DNA of 64,000 bases. Origin: the human T2T-CHM13v2.0 reference genome, Homo sapiens. Of this stretch, positions 19,531 through 33,233 are shown one piece after another. Under the pieces are notes generated by a model that saw only the letters and a list, made by a program, of their open reading frames with translations, was not told the DNA's origin and searched no databases. Where the stretch lies: the NCBI RefSeq assembly GCF_009914755.1, contig NC_060926.1. One strand, given 5' to 3'. Made by a program: the position numbers and the translations under genes. How positions within the stretch are numbered: position 1 is the first letter of the stretch; each line of letters starts with the position of its first letter.

Positions 19531-20789
19531 AAATAAATAAATAGTAACACATTCACATATCTCATAATTTCAAAAGTACAAAAGTGAAAAGTCTACCTTC
19601 AGTTACTGTTTCCCTCCCTGGAGGGAACAACTGCAGACACACACACAAATACATACACATTTTTACTTTTTCCTTTTTATCACAGGAATGCTACTAAGTT
19701 TTATATATATTTTATATAGATATATATTATGATCAGCATTATATCTTGAAGATCTTATATAAATGCATAATTTCTTCAATTAAAATTCATTCATTTAAGC
19801 AGACCACGATTGATGGATATTTTGGCTGTTTCTAGTCTTTGGCTAATATAAACAGTGCTTCTGTGAATAACCGTATACAAAACTTAAGTGTGTACATGTG
19901 GGAGCTTATTTGGTAGTAGTGATTTCAAATTCTGTCAGTTAATTGATATATCTCCATTTCATTAGGATCAGTTTCTAGAGATTCATCTCTTTGTCTTTTG
20001 GGGAAAATATTTCCTTGTTTCTTCTTTTTCCTTGACATTCTCTGTTGATGTTTTTGTGCCATAGACAAAATAATTACCTCTCTAAGTCTTCATGGTCTGG
20101 ACTCATTCTGGAGAAGACCCTCACCAATCAGCCCTGACAGAAATTCTGGGATCTTTCAAACCTTCATGCCAGTCCTATCCACTTTCTTTGTTCTTAATAG
20201 TCCCTAGGCATCTAGAATATTTCAGGTCCCTTCAGCTTCTGAGACCATGGAGACTGAAGCCATTTCCTCAGGCAGTCCCCATTTAAGGTGAGTGGTTGGA
20301 CACACGGTACTCCCCTATCCATTCCCAGGTAGAAGCTAAAGAGCTGGGGTTTTTGCCTGCTTACTCCGTGATGAGCCAGAGGTAGAGGGCGGGGTGGCTA
20401 TAGTGATCAACACCCCAAATTGCCATGAGTGGCCAGAGTTTGTTGGGTTCTGTCAGTGCTCCAAGACAGGGTAGACATAAACCAGTTTTCTGGGTAGTTC
20501 CTAGAAAACTTTGGACATTAGACACATAGGGTACCTCTTTCTCTTCCTGGGGAGAAGCTAGGAGCTGGGGGATTTTGTTCCTGTCTTATGGAGCTGTGCA
20601 AGAGGACTATGGTAGTAGGGTATCTGAATTGACTTACTGGCTTTGATGTGACTGGTTTCACACCTACTGGGATGCAGGAGCCTCTTAAAGTTTCTGGATT
20701 TCACAGAAAGGGAATTTGGCCATGGGGATTGTTGTGGAATCAGTTTGCTTGTTGGAAGAAGGAAGGTCCAGGAGTCCTCTTCTGCCATC

Positions 20790-20998
20790 TTGATGATGTC
20801 ATCCCTTCTGCCTCCCTTTTATAAGGATACTTGTGATTGTAGTTAGACCCTGTGAAGTGATCCAGGATCATCACCTCCATCTCAGTATCTCTAATTTAAT
20901 CACATCTGCAAAGCATTTGTCTTATAAGCTAACATTCACAGGTTCCCATGAAGGGGATGTGGACATCTTTTGGGGGAACCATCATTCAGCCTACCACA
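20790..20998 (-). mobile_element. MLT1C/D-type MaLR LTR fragment
   Basis: TAATTTAATCACATCTGCAAAG..ACATTCACAGGTTCC..TGTGGACATCTTTTGGGGG..ATTCAGCCTACCACA. Confidence 0.75.
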
Positions 20999-21038
20999 CT
21001 AGTCTTTCATTTTTCTCTCCTCATCAATTTGAGAATTA

Positions 21039-21528
<490 letters not shown>

Positions 21529-23029
21529 TTATATTGATTAAAAAGATACATGTAAACAGATTATATTGTTATATTGTTTATGGTTATTTTTAGGTTAATT
21601 AAAGGGGAATTATAAAATATTTATTATGAAAAGATTCTACTGAGTCACTGGGTTGAGAACTGTTCCACTAGCTTAGCTATGTTTTTATATATATGTATAA
21701 TTTATATAAATAGGAAACCTGGGGCTCTGAGAAATTAAGTGACTTATTTAATGTCACAGGGCTAGGGCCAGGGCAGTGATAAGAGGAATAACTAAGTCTT
21801 TTAGAAGAAGAAGAGGTGGACACAAGAGAGAAGCTCCCCGCTGGAAGCTAGAACTCCAGAACTGAGAGATTCCAGAGTGGGAATTACTGGCAGCACTAAT
21901 GTGTCTTTAGGAATTGAAAAAGCAAGCTAGAAGGAAAAAAATAAAAGTCTTGAAATTCTCTCAGGAATGAGAAGTAGAAGGAACAACATGGTTCAAAACT
22001 GGAAAAATGGCAGACTAGGAAGTTTACCTGGGGAGTTGTTAGTTACGAATATGGATTACCCTGCTCCAAGAGTGTCTTTGTCCTTGGACTAGCACTCCCC
22101 TCCCCAAGCCTTTGGCAAGTTCCTACTCATCTTTCAAGAAATAGCTCATCTTGAGTGCATTTCACACCATTCCTCCTTCCAAAAAGGAATGAGGGTGGAC
22201 TTGAAAAAAAATACTGAAGAGGAAAATTCATTTGGGTGTTTTTCAAAGACTACCTAAGTCTATTCATACTATTGCTTTTTTTTGTTTGTTTTTAAATATT
22301 TCTTTAGCCTTATCCAGTTTGAGGGATGGGCAACTGAAGGTTTTTGGTTGGTATTGAATGTTGCTGTGTTATGTTCCAGCCTTTGAGTCATCAGAACTGG
22401 AATAAAAGCCTTACTAACTAGACATCATACATTTTTGTCCCGTGTAATAAATAGCATGTTACTATCTGGGAGCTGAGGTGAGTTTTCTTTAAAAAATAAT
22501 TTTATTCTGATTACCCTTGCCTTAGAATTCTGAAAAGATTAAAATAGCTCTTATCTGAGGAACTTGGATTCTGAGCATTTAAACTGGAAAAATGTTCTAG
22601 TCAGTTATCGACAGGCTGATGACTAACATGTGGACATAATCATTACCAAAGAGTGTGCTAACTTGTTGACAGCATGTACTTTTAAAAATGTATAACCGCT
22701 ATAGGAAATGTTGGCAGATAAATAATTACCTTGAGAGATTTCAGTATTGACTTTTAAATTAATAAAAGTTACGTTTATTTTCTTAAGTTACTCGCGATAG
22801 ATTTTTGTCAGATATCATATTAGTATAGTATTGGTGCAGGGAGTCCATGGTGCCCCTTTTTCCTTATTACTGAAAGTAACTTGTAGCTGAGATTGGTTAT
22901 GTCTTCAGGTAATCTTTCTCAAATTGAAGATTTAAATACTTTCCACCAAGCTTATTAACTATAAATTTATGTAAAATATTGTGACTCAACAAAAGCACTG
23001 AAAAATTTGTTTCAAGAAATAACTTAGAC

Positions 23030-23550
23030 CCTTGCAGCAGAGACTGTGGGTTGGCTCCCCCATCATCATTCTCACCTCTTTCTACCTCACCTGTCTCTCT
23101 TCTGGAGACTGTAACACCTAAAAACTTTCTCCTCCAGCCTTTCATTGCTGGCAGGGTAGCTACATGCTTGACACACATGAGGCCAGTAAGATGGAAACTA
23201 GAAATCTGCTGAGAGTTTCTGGGAAACCTTTTGCTTTTCTTCTGAAGAAGAACAGATATAATTGGCACTCATTCCCATACTGTCCTCCTTTTTTGCTTTG
23301 TTATGTAGAGCCTTTGACCATGACACATAAAAATAAATACTAAGAACATTTTCATGAGAAAACTTGAAGAAAAAAAAGCTAAGGGTTTTTGGGCAGAAAC
23401 AAAGAATCTGGGTTTCTGATGACGTTGTCTTGCACCTGAATTGGTTCCATGAAGTGCCTACCTTTTGTGAAAGAAAAAAATGAAATTTTTTTCTATTTGA
23501 TTAAGCTATAAGTTGGATTTTCTCTACGTTCCCAGCTGAATTAACACAGA
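23030..23550 (+). mobile_element. Ancient ERVL/MaLR-type LTR (subfamily uncertain)
   Basis: GGCCAGTAAGATG..AGAAATCTGCTGAGAGTTTCTGGGAAACCTTTTGCTTTTC resembles old MLT1/LTR33-class LTRs. Confidence 0.5.
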
Positions 23551-23669
23551 CTATACTTCATACTTGGAGTGGGTTTTATTTTACTTTATAAAAATTTTGT
23601 TTTGTTTCCTTGAAGAAAATTTTTTTTTCATAATATTGTACATGCTCAAGCAGAGCAAAATTCAAACAT

Positions 23670-25560
23670 CAGCAAAATGGCTGACTAGGATGTTGCAGGT
23701 GCTTGTTTCCCCACAGAAACACCAAATAAATAGCTACAGACAGACTAAAATAACTTTGTAGGAACTATGGAAACCAGTCAAAGATCTGTAGCAACCCAGC
23801 AAATGCCCAATCAAGAAAAAGCCACATGCAAAATGATAGGACATTCTGTGATAATTTTACTCACCCTTACCCTACTCTATCTCTGGCACAGTGCAGCACA
23901 AAGAGAAGTAAATGGCCCAGTTCTCCATTCCCTTCCTCAGGAGAGAAGGATTCAAGCAGGACTAGTTTGAGGCATTCTTGCCTATCAATGGGTTGCCCAA
24001 GAGACTGGTTTCAGACTTGCCTCGTTCAGGGCACATACAGGGAATGCGGCATGGTTTGAATCTCAGGAAGAAGGCCAAGGAAGGCAGTGGTGGGCACCAT
24101 AGCACATGAAAACTGCAGGGAGACTACAGACCTGTGGATGTGTAGGAGGAAGAGGTTATGCACAGAGGAATACCATACAAGATCTAAGGCCTTCAGAAGA
24201 AGCTTGGGTGAGATTCTGGGAAATTAAGACATTTACAGGCAGCCAGAGGAAACAAGAAAAAAAGAAAAAAACAGCATACACAGGCCCAGACAGGATGCAT
24301 GCCCAGACAAGACCTGAGATGACCTTAAGCACACTCCCTACACCGTTCCCAAGGCTCAGGTGCTTGATAAGTAGTGAAGGTCTTTCATGTCAGTCTTCAA
24401 AGACTGGGAGGGGTGGTTTTTTCAAATGTCAGATTTTCAGCAAAAAAAATCGTAGAACACGCAAAGAAAGGATGAAACCTGGCTCATCCAAAGGAACAAA
24501 ATAAATCTTCAGAAACTATCCTGTAAAGACACACAAATTAATTGGATTTGCTCAGAAAAGACTTTAAAACAACTATCTTAAATATGCTCAATGAGCTAAT
24601 GAGAAATAATGAAATCAGGGAAGTGATACATGAGCAAAATTTCTCAGCTATCTTAAATATGCTCAATGAGTTAATGAGAAATAATGAAATCAGGGAAATG
24701 ATACATGAACAAAATTTCTGTCAACAAAGAAACAAATTATTTAAAAGAACCAAATTCTGGAACTGGAAAATACAGTAGCTGAATTGAAAAATTTACTAGA
24801 AGAGTTCAACAGCAGACTTGAACAGGCAAAAGAAAGAATCAGTGAACTTGAAGGCAAGTTATTTGAAATGATCAAGTCCGAGGAACAAAATCAAAGAAAA
24901 AAGAAAAGTGAACAGAGTCTGAAGGACTTACGCAGTACCATCAGGCAGACCAGTTGATGCATTACTGGAGTCCAGAAGGAGAAAAAAGAGAAAGGGTGGA
25001 AAGATAATTTAGAGAAATAATAGCTGAAAACTTATCAAATTTGAGGAAAGACACGGCTCTACAAATCAAAGAAACTCAAGGAATCCACATTTGATAAACC
25101 CAGAGTCCGACATCAAGACACATTATCATGAAACTGTCAAAAGTAAAAGACAAAGAGTATCTGCAAAGCAACAAAAGTAAATGTGGTATGTACATACGGT
25201 AGACTATTATTCAGTCTAAGAAATGAAGTTCTGATACATGCTACAGAATGGATGAACCTGGAAGACATTATGCTAAATGAAATAAGCCAGGCACAAAAGG
25301 ATATATCTTCTATGATTCCTCTTATATGAGGTGCCTGGAGTAGAGAAATAAGTAGATTGGTGATTGTCAGGTGTTGGGGAAGAGGGAAATGGGAAAATTA
25401 AAGTTATTGTTTAATGTGTGCAGTTTCAGAAGAAGATGGAAAAAACTCTGGAGATGGATGGTTGCACAGTAATGTGAATTTACTTAATACCACAGAACTG
25501 AAAACTTAAAAATGGTTAAAATGATAAGTGTTATGCATATTTAACACCAATTTAAAGAAT
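23670..25560 (+). mobile_element. Old L1M 5' UTR/ORF1 fragment joined to an L1MB-type 3' end
   Basis: CAAAATGGCTGACTAGGATG start; ORF1-like coiled-coil text; from about 25180 the 3' UTR (GGATGAACCTGGAAGACATTATGCTAAATGAAATAAGCCAG). Confidence 0.75.
24571..24720 (+). repeat. 75-bp tandem duplication (2 copies)
   Basis: 24571-24645 and 24646-24720 differ at 5 positions. Confidence 0.92.
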
Positions 25561-25793
25561 GAATATAAATAAACTTCTAGAACTCAAAAAATTGAAATGA
25601 ACCTCATTATTTAGAAATAGCCGTCATTAATGTTAGGTGAACATTATTTTAGACACGTTCCTATGGTTGTGTTCACATGAAAAGATGGATGAATGGATAG
25701 ATAGAAGGAAATACTTTTACAGAAATGGCATGCATTATACATGTTATTTAATGAAATAGTATTCAACAGGAAAAATAAAATGGATTAGAGTCA

Positions 25794-26130
<337 letters not shown>

Positions 26131-27064
26131 AAGTTCCTTCTGTTAAAAAAGCAAGATAAAAAACATTGTCCCATTTTTTGTACATTGTTTATGTTGGTAA
26201 AATATTCATAACATAAAATTTACCATTTTAACCATTTTTTAATTGTATACCCTATTTAAATACTGTGTTCTACACAGAATTGATTGACTTCCAGCCTGAA
26301 AGATGAAATACATACTGCTAATGTATTGCACTTTTCATCTTCCCCGCCTCCATTTTCTGATTTTTAAAAGTGATATTGCTATTTTTTAGTCATAGTTTAT
26401 CTTTTTACCTTTTGTTTTGTGACTACCATTTCCACATTTGCTACATAACTAGCTTTATTTTCTCTAGTTTTACAGTTAATTATATTCAGTGATCAAGACT
26501 AGTCCTTTTACTGTGGCTTCTCCAGGTCTTTTTTCTTAATTTTGAATGATCTTTTAATTCCCCTCTCTCACACGTACTTTGCCCTACTTCCTTCCACCAA
26601 TTTAAAGAGGTACTTCATGTTTGAGAATGCCTGAGGCTTTTATACTTAACCAGATCTTGACTGAGTGGTTTTTAATCTCTTTTGCTTTTGTTCAGAACTT
26701 AGTAAATAAACATTGCTTTGTTGTCTTCAGACATTCATTGTTGCCTCGGAGAATTCAGAGAAGAGTCTGATCATTTTCTCTTCTTCCCTCCTTCTCCTCC
26801 TCCCCCCACCATAGCATCCTGCCATTGGCGCCCAAAATTTATGTCCTTCTCATACGCAGAATACATTCATTCCATCCCAGTACCCCAAAATTCTTAACTC
26901 GTTCCACCACCACATACACATACCTCGGTAAATTATGTTTAGACCATGCTTTTGTTGGACTATTACTGTGAAAGTAATGAGTTTGGTTACCCTACTTTTA
27001 CTACATAGTTATATGCAAAAGGCACATAACCATTGTCTCCAGTGCTCCATTCCTAGCATATACC

Positions 27065-27510
27065 ACTTAGTCTGTTTTATCCTACTATAGCAGAATACCT
27101 GAGACGGGGTAAGTTAAAATGAACAGAATTTTAATGGCGTATATTCTAGAGGCTGGGAAATCCAGTATCAAGATGCCGGCATCTTGCGAGGGCTTCTTGT
27201 TGCATCATCACCTGGCAGAAGACAAGAGGGCAAGAGAGAGCAAGAGGGGGCTGCACTCACACATGGCGGTGGAGCCTCATGGCCTTATCTTCTTAAAGGT
27301 CCCCACTCTTAATACTATTACAATGGCAGTTAAATTTCAACATGAGTTCTACAGAGGACAAGCATTCAAACTACAGCATTCTGCCTGCAGGCCCCCCACA
27401 TCTCATGTCCTCATAAACAAAATAATTTATTTCATCTAAATAGCCCCACAAGTCTTAACTTGTAATAGCTTCAACGTAAAAGTCCAGAGTCTCATCTAAA
27501 TTAAATGTGA
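27065..27510. mobile_element. MST-type MaLR LTR plus adjacent internal sequence
   Basis: TTCTAGAGGCTGGGAAATCCAGTATCAAG..TTAAATTTCAACATGAGTT..CATTCAAACTACAGCA, then MST-internal-like text; similar internal fragment at about 26810-26905. Confidence 0.75.
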
Positions 27511-28014
27511 GACTAGTCTTTTTTTAAATGAATCTTTTCCCTTTTTGCTTTTATGCTCCAAAGGTTCTTCCTTATCTAGTGACTGTGTAAACTGTCATTA
27601 ATAGTCAAGTGAAATTCACAAATTTGGAGGCTCTTTGATTTGTTTTTTGTTTTTTTAATTTACTACTTAAGCAGAATTTCTTGTTGCTAATTATAGTATT
27701 TAAACTGAACTTATTGTTACGAACTTACTGAAGAAATAGCTTTCCTCCTTTCTTTCAAACATGGGATTTCTTCTAGATTTTGCCTAATAGGAATTTAATA
27801 TTAGGGTAAATAATCTTTTGTTTGCCTTGTTGAATAAGAGCCAGTGGATGTTTTAATTTTTCAAATGATATTTTCACTCAAAAATTTAAGTATGAAAAGA
27901 ATGAAAATCTAAATGAATATTTATAAATGCCTCACATAGTTCTGATTTTAATTTGTTTTTAATTTCCTTTTTCGCTACTCCCTAATAGTAAAGCACTGTT
28001 GATTTGTTTTGCAG

Positions 28015-28153
28015 AATCCTTGCAGCCTTTCCTGGAAGCCTGTAGCAACTCTTTATTTTTTCGTACTTGCTCTGTGCTGCTTCGAGCCCCTAAGCTTGAT
28101 CTTCAAATACTAGAAAAACTCAGTATTATTTTACAGAAACTTTCCAAAATCAA
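28015..28153 (+). CDS. CCDC138: CCDC138 penultimate coding exon, 139 nt, phase 1 to 2
   Basis: ttgttttgcag|AATCC...AAAATCAA|gtaaga; encodes (K)SLQPFLEACSNSLFFRTCSVLLRAPKLDLQILEKLSIILQKLSKI(K). Not in the ORF track; read by hand. Confidence 0.9.
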
Positions 28154-28214
28154 GTAAGAATTTCTTATTTCTAACATTTTTTATTGAAAAATACCTTACT
28201 GTGATCATTTAGAC

Positions 28215-28431
28215 CAGGGGTTTTAATCTTTTGGCTTCCCTGGGCCACACTGGGTGAAGAAGAATTGCCTTGTGCCACACATAAAATACGCTAACACTAA
28301 CGATAGCTGATGTGCTAAAAACAAAACAAAACCTCATAGTGTTTTCAGAAAGCTTACAAATTTGTGTTGGGCCACATTCAAAGCCATCCTGGGCCGCATG
28401 CAGCCCATGGGCTGCAGGTTGGACAAGCTTG
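28215..28431 (+). mobile_element. MER30 hAT-Charlie MITE
   Basis: CAGGGG..AATCTTTTGGCTTCCCTGGGCCACA..GGTTGGACAAGCTTG; perfect 8-bp TSD ATTTAGAC (28207-28214 / 28432-28439). Confidence 0.92.
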
Positions 28432-29751
28432 ATTTAGACCTTTCTGAATCCCATGCTACTTAAGCTTTGATTATTAAAAAAAAATTTCCATTATACAGAT
28501 GTAGAAAATTAAGATTCATAAATACTAACGCTGATCTAAGACCACATATTTAGTGACAGACTAGAATTAGAGTTCTGATCTCAGAACATCTAGTTGTTTC
28601 TATAGCTCATTTCAGATAAATGAACTTTAAATGCTTCATATAAAAGTAAGAGCAGTTTTTAGCAACCAAGTAATAATATCAGAATAAATTCTTGCATACT
28701 GGTATTCTGTAATACCACAGGTGAAAATAAAAAGATAAAAGTATTTTGCAAATCCTTATTGATGTACTAAAGTGAATTTAGGGAATGAGAATGAAGCAAG
28801 CAGAAGAGATTTGAAATTACTTTGGTAACGGGATTTATTTTAGTAAACTCTTATGGACTGCCTACTGCCACTAATTTGGATTTTTTTATGAGAATCATGG
28901 GCTTTGTTTCCTCATCTTTCTCCTGACTCAGAAACTTGTATAACCAGTTACTAAACTATAAATAAGGACATCGATTTTAAGTTGTATTTTCCGTGATTCT
29001 TGGTATGCTGTAGTGTTTCCTTTGAGGCAAATCTGGACACCTTCTATCTCAACTCATTTGTATAACAGTAACATTTTTATTTTGATTTAGGTTCAGCTCT
29101 TCTCCTCCTGGCCTCATCCCCTCATCCATGATTCCCGTGGTAGAGAATTTAGATTTTACCAGGCTTCCATATGCTTGAGTAGTAAATGCAATGCATCTTG
29201 AAATTATTTGTAGATAGGGATTAAGAGATCCATATGTTCTATTTGGTAACATGCCTAGTAGAGGATTGTAATAAATTATTGTCAAATTATAACCTTATAA
29301 TTTGACTGACCAAGTTACTAGCGCTGAATTTATCAATTTACTGTCTTCCTTTTCTTGCAGACTATACCGTGATTCTCTTGATTTCAGTAAATTCCTAGTA
29401 AGGCCTATTGCAGTTACCTTATGGTGCCATGAAGCTGCAATAACATTACTTAGATTTAATTCTTTTTTACTTCTTAATTCATGGGATTTTTTTTTTTTTA
29501 AAGGTAGTCCCAAAGTGCAAGTATAACCTTGGGCCAAAATGTTTTACTATTCGTGATGTGTTTGTAGCTTAGGTTCATTTTAGACTTAGATAAAAAAACA
29601 AAGCTTGAACAAGAAGACTGGGAATAGTTGATGCTCAAGCAGATCTTAAAATAAATCTTTAAGACCACAAAAGATGTAAATCCTTTTGTATTAGGATAGT
29701 ACATAAGAGTTTGTATTAGGACAAACTCTCTCAAGAGAGTTTGTCAAATAA

Positions 29752-29823
29752 CTAGACAAGGAAATAAGAAACAAAGCTAGACAAGGAAATAAGAAACAAA
29801 GCTAGACAAGGAAATAAGAAACA
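29752..29823 (+). repeat. 25-bp tandem repeat, about 2.9 identical copies
   Basis: CTAGACAAGGAAATAAGAAACAAAG at 29752 and 29777, truncated third copy at 29802. Confidence 0.95.
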
Positions 29824-29898
29824 CGTATACATATGTAACTAACCTGCACAATGTGCACATGTACCCTAAAACTTAAAGTATAATAAAAAAAAAAAAAA
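29824..29898 (+). mobile_element. Extremely 5'-truncated young L1 (L1PA2/L1HS-type) 3' tip with poly-A
   Basis: GTATACATATGTAACTAACCTGCACAATGTGCACATGTACCCTAAAACTTAAAGTATAATAAAAAA matches the recalled terminus of young L1s. Confidence 0.9.
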
Positions 29899-30137
29899 CA
29901 AACAAATTCTTAATGATTGAAATGAAATTACTGACAGGTTATTAGAAAGAGGATGGTTGAACAAGTATTCTATAGCCAAGTCAAAAGATAAACCAATATT
30001 CTGCCACTTTAAAAAGGCCTGCTTACTCAAAATAGGATGATCAAATGTTTGTCTGTTTTGCTAGCTGTGAAAAAAAAAATTCTCACGCTCTCTAATAGTG
30101 AATAGGGTGCAATTTTCAGGGTTGTAAAATGGTTCCA

Positions 30138-30432
30138 GGCTGGGCACAGTGGTTCACATCTGTAGTCTCAGCACTTTGGGAGGCCAAGGAAGGAGGATCG
30201 CCTGAGCCCAGAAGTTCAAGACCAGCCTTAGCAACATAGTGACACCCTGTCTCTACAAAAAATAAACAAAATTAGCCAGGTTTGGTGATGTGCGCCTGTA
30301 GTCCTAGCTACTTGGGAGGCTGAGATGGGAGGATTGCTTGAGCTGGGGAGGTTGAGGCTGCAGTAAGCTGTGTTCATGCCACTGCACTCCACCTGGGTGC
30401 CAGAATAAGACCTTATCTCAAAAGAAAAAAAA
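30138..30432 (+). mobile_element. Alu (AluJ-like)
   Basis: Sense dimer with J-type GGAGGATTGCTTGAGC..GAGGCTGCAGT. Confidence 0.9.
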
Positions 30433-30649
30433 GTTTTCTTTTTTCCCCAGTGGTTTTCTGCTTCAGGTTTATCTCATAAAACCTATTTTGTTTGTTTCAG
30501 CATTCTAATCTTTTAGTTGCCTATTTTCTCCACTGTTTTTAAAAACAGATGCCATTTCCTCATGTTTACACATAAATTATCTGTCAGTGTCATTGCAGAT
30601 AAACTCTCTAAGTATGTGTAATTAAATAATGTATTCATTTTTTTTACAG

Positions 30650-30815
30650 GAGTAATAAGAAGCTCTTTGAACTTTTTACGATTCATCTGATGCTTCAAGA
30701 AATACAAAGGACAACAAACCCAGAGCATGCATTTCTCTGTATTAATCTAAATTCAACTCTGTTCAATCTGGGTTTAACAAAATGTAACTCCCTGGTCTCC
30801 AGTGCAAGCCCTTAG
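30650..30815 (+). CDS. CCDC138: CCDC138 last coding exon (to TAG)
   Basis: ttttttttacag|GAGTAAT; encodes (K)SNKKLFELFTIHLMLQEIQRTTNPEHAFLCINLNSTLFNLGLTKCNSLVSSASP*, stop 30813-30815; phase matches the previous exon. Confidence 0.9.
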
Positions 30816-31140
30816 ACTGGCTAATTTTTTAATATAGTATATGTGGTGCTTATTTATAAACATGTAGAAATTACCAAAGTAACTACAATTCTACCAAGTA
30901 AAGTTATCAGTAGCATCATTTATCATGAAAAATAAATAATTTTTTTGAACTGTAAAAATGAAATCTGTAGAAGGTATTGGAACTTTTGGAATGTTTCAGT
31001 TCAGGTAAGGTAGTACTAATATACAAGATGGCGTTTCTAGAATGTATGACACTGAAGTGACTTTTTGTAAAAATATATTAGGAAAATTATTTCTTAAAAT
31101 TATGTGAATATTTGGAATAAAATTGGTGCTTATGTGAGAA
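30816..31140 (+). terminator. CCDC138: CCDC138 3' UTR with poly(A) signals
   Basis: AATAAA at 30931-30936 and 31116-31121; cleavage site inferred. Confidence 0.65.
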
Positions 31141-31747
31141 CAGGGTTAAATAATACTGTCTTTCTATTTTCCTAATATATTAGAATCCTTGCTTTTGAAA
31201 GCAAAAATGTATATCTTTAAACTATCATCTTGATACCATAACTTTTCTATATACTGTATCCTAGATTAACAGATGTTGATTTTTTTTTTATTGTGCTCTT
31301 TGTGGGATAGAAAAAGTTTTTTATTATGCTGTTCACAGGTTTAAAAACTTTTGTTTTCAAAATAATTATTACTGGAGCATGTATATACAAGGCAAGACAT
31401 TTTTTAAACATTGAAAGGTAAACAAAAATAATCGTCCTGTTACCAGAGATATCTCTTGGTATAGCCAAAGATGAGTAAAGTGGCCACAGGTCTGGGTGAA
31501 GTAAAGGTGGTAAAACTTGGGACTTAGGACAGGATACTGAGAAACATTGTTTTAAAGAGTCATAAAATCATATATGATCAGTGTATAATCTCAGTTTCAG
31601 GAGTTAGAAGAAATTTTCAAGAAACTATTGGGCCTCTTCAAAAAAATACCAGAAAATGTGCCATTTTTGAAGTAGAAACAGAAAGCCATAATGAAAGAAC
31701 AGGCCAAGGTGAGAATGGTGGAACCATAGAAACTTAAAAATGCAGAA

Positions 31748-32055
31748 GGCCAGGCGCGGTGGCTTACGCCTGTAATCCCAGCACTCTAGGAGGCTGAGGT
31801 GGGCGGATCACCTAAGGTCAGGAGTTCAAGACCAGCCTTGCCAACATGGTGAAACCCCGTCTCTACAAAAAAAAAACAGAATTAGCCAGGCGGTGATGGG
31901 CACCTGTGATCCTAGCTACTCGGGAGGCTGAGGCAGGAGAACCACTTCAACCTGGGAGGCAGAGGTTCCAGTGAGCCAAGATCACGCCATTGCACTCCAG
32001 CCTGGGCAACAAAGTGAGATTCTGTCTCAAAAAAATAAAAATAAATAAATAAAAT
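31748..32055 (+). mobile_element. Alu (AluS)
   Basis: Full dimer; TSD AAAAATGCAGAAG / AAAAACGCAGAAG; embedded in degenerate L1 ORF1-like sequence. Confidence 0.92.
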
Positions 32056-32811
32056 AAAAACGCAGAAGCCAAAGTGCACATTAGAAACAAAAAATAACTT
32101 CATAAAATAGGATTAGCATGACAAGAACAAACCAAAAGGTGTCTCGGAACTCAGAGTATATAGAGAATAGTACTCATGAGAGTGGATGGCAGATACTAGG
32201 ACAGAGCCTGGCACTTCTGCATGGCAGCATTTGGTGTCTCTGAAGAAAAGAACAGAACAAGTGGAGCGGAAGCAATATTCAGAAATATAGTTGAATAAAG
32301 ATTCTGGTGGCCAAAGAAAGAACTGCATGTACAGATTGAAAGGGCTCATCATGTTCCAGAAAAACCTATGAGAAAAGGGTTCTATAATTAGATGCATCCT
32401 GGCCAAATGGTAAGTTACAAGGATAAAAGCACAAACAAAAGCCAGTTACTTACAAGAAAGGAAAAACCAGACTAGCCTTATAGAATGCTGGAAGGTAATA
32501 GGGAGCTCTACAGGAGAAGATTTTTAATCCAAGAATTTCTCCCTAGTGAAGATGCCTTTCATAAGTGAAGACAATGGAATGACAGCTTCAGACATTCAGG
32601 CGTTGAGAAATTATACCACTTATGTACTATTCTGGAGAAAGAAATGACTTAAAGATTAATCAACTAAAAGATGAAAGAAAACAGTTTATTAAATCAACCT
32701 CATATCAAAAGCACTGAACACTGAAACAACTTAAACATTAAATAATTATAACTGTTTATAAGATGGATTGAGATGTTAAATTCCTGAAAAGGATAAATAA
32801 TGGAAAAAGCA

Positions 32812-33233
32812 GCCCCCTCGCTCTTCCTTCCTCCATCATCATGATGTGTACAGTTGACTCCATTTCTCACCCTGTCTTCTCACAAGTCTTTCAGGGTCAA
32901 GTGATTTCAGGCCAAGAAACAAAAGCAAAATTGTCTCATTCCCCAGTGCATTCAGATGAAAACTGATAATAAAATCAGGTACAGTTCCAAGAGGAGACAC
33001 TGGAGAGGAACCACGCTGGGTCTGTAAGGAATTGCAAATGAGATGGCACACATATTTATGCTGTATCAAGGTCACTGTCATCTTACCATATCAGACTGAA
33101 AATGTCACCACCATCTGGACAGTCAGATATGTTTTATTGGGAAAATGGTTTTTCTCTTTGTGTATATGCTCTGCAGTAGTAGGGTGGTTTAGTAACAAAT
33201 ATGTGAGACCTTTTATTTGAAAAAAATTGTTTT
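32812..33233 (+). pseudogene. RPL39P16: Processed pseudogene of ribosomal protein eL39 (RPL39); probably RPL39P16
   Basis: Intronless 32872-33027 reads (CTG)[49 protein letters not shown] versus RPL39 [51 protein letters not shown]; ATG>CTG, TGA at 32902; pyrimidine-rich 5' UTR, RPL39-like 3' UTR, A remnant, 18-bp TSD (32794-32811 / 33234-33251). The pseudogene number is from memory and is less certain than the family. Confidence 0.92.

Noticed and set aside
29752-29823. 25-bp repeats as a CRISPR-like array
   Set aside because: Copies are directly adjacent with no spacers; simple tandem triplication.
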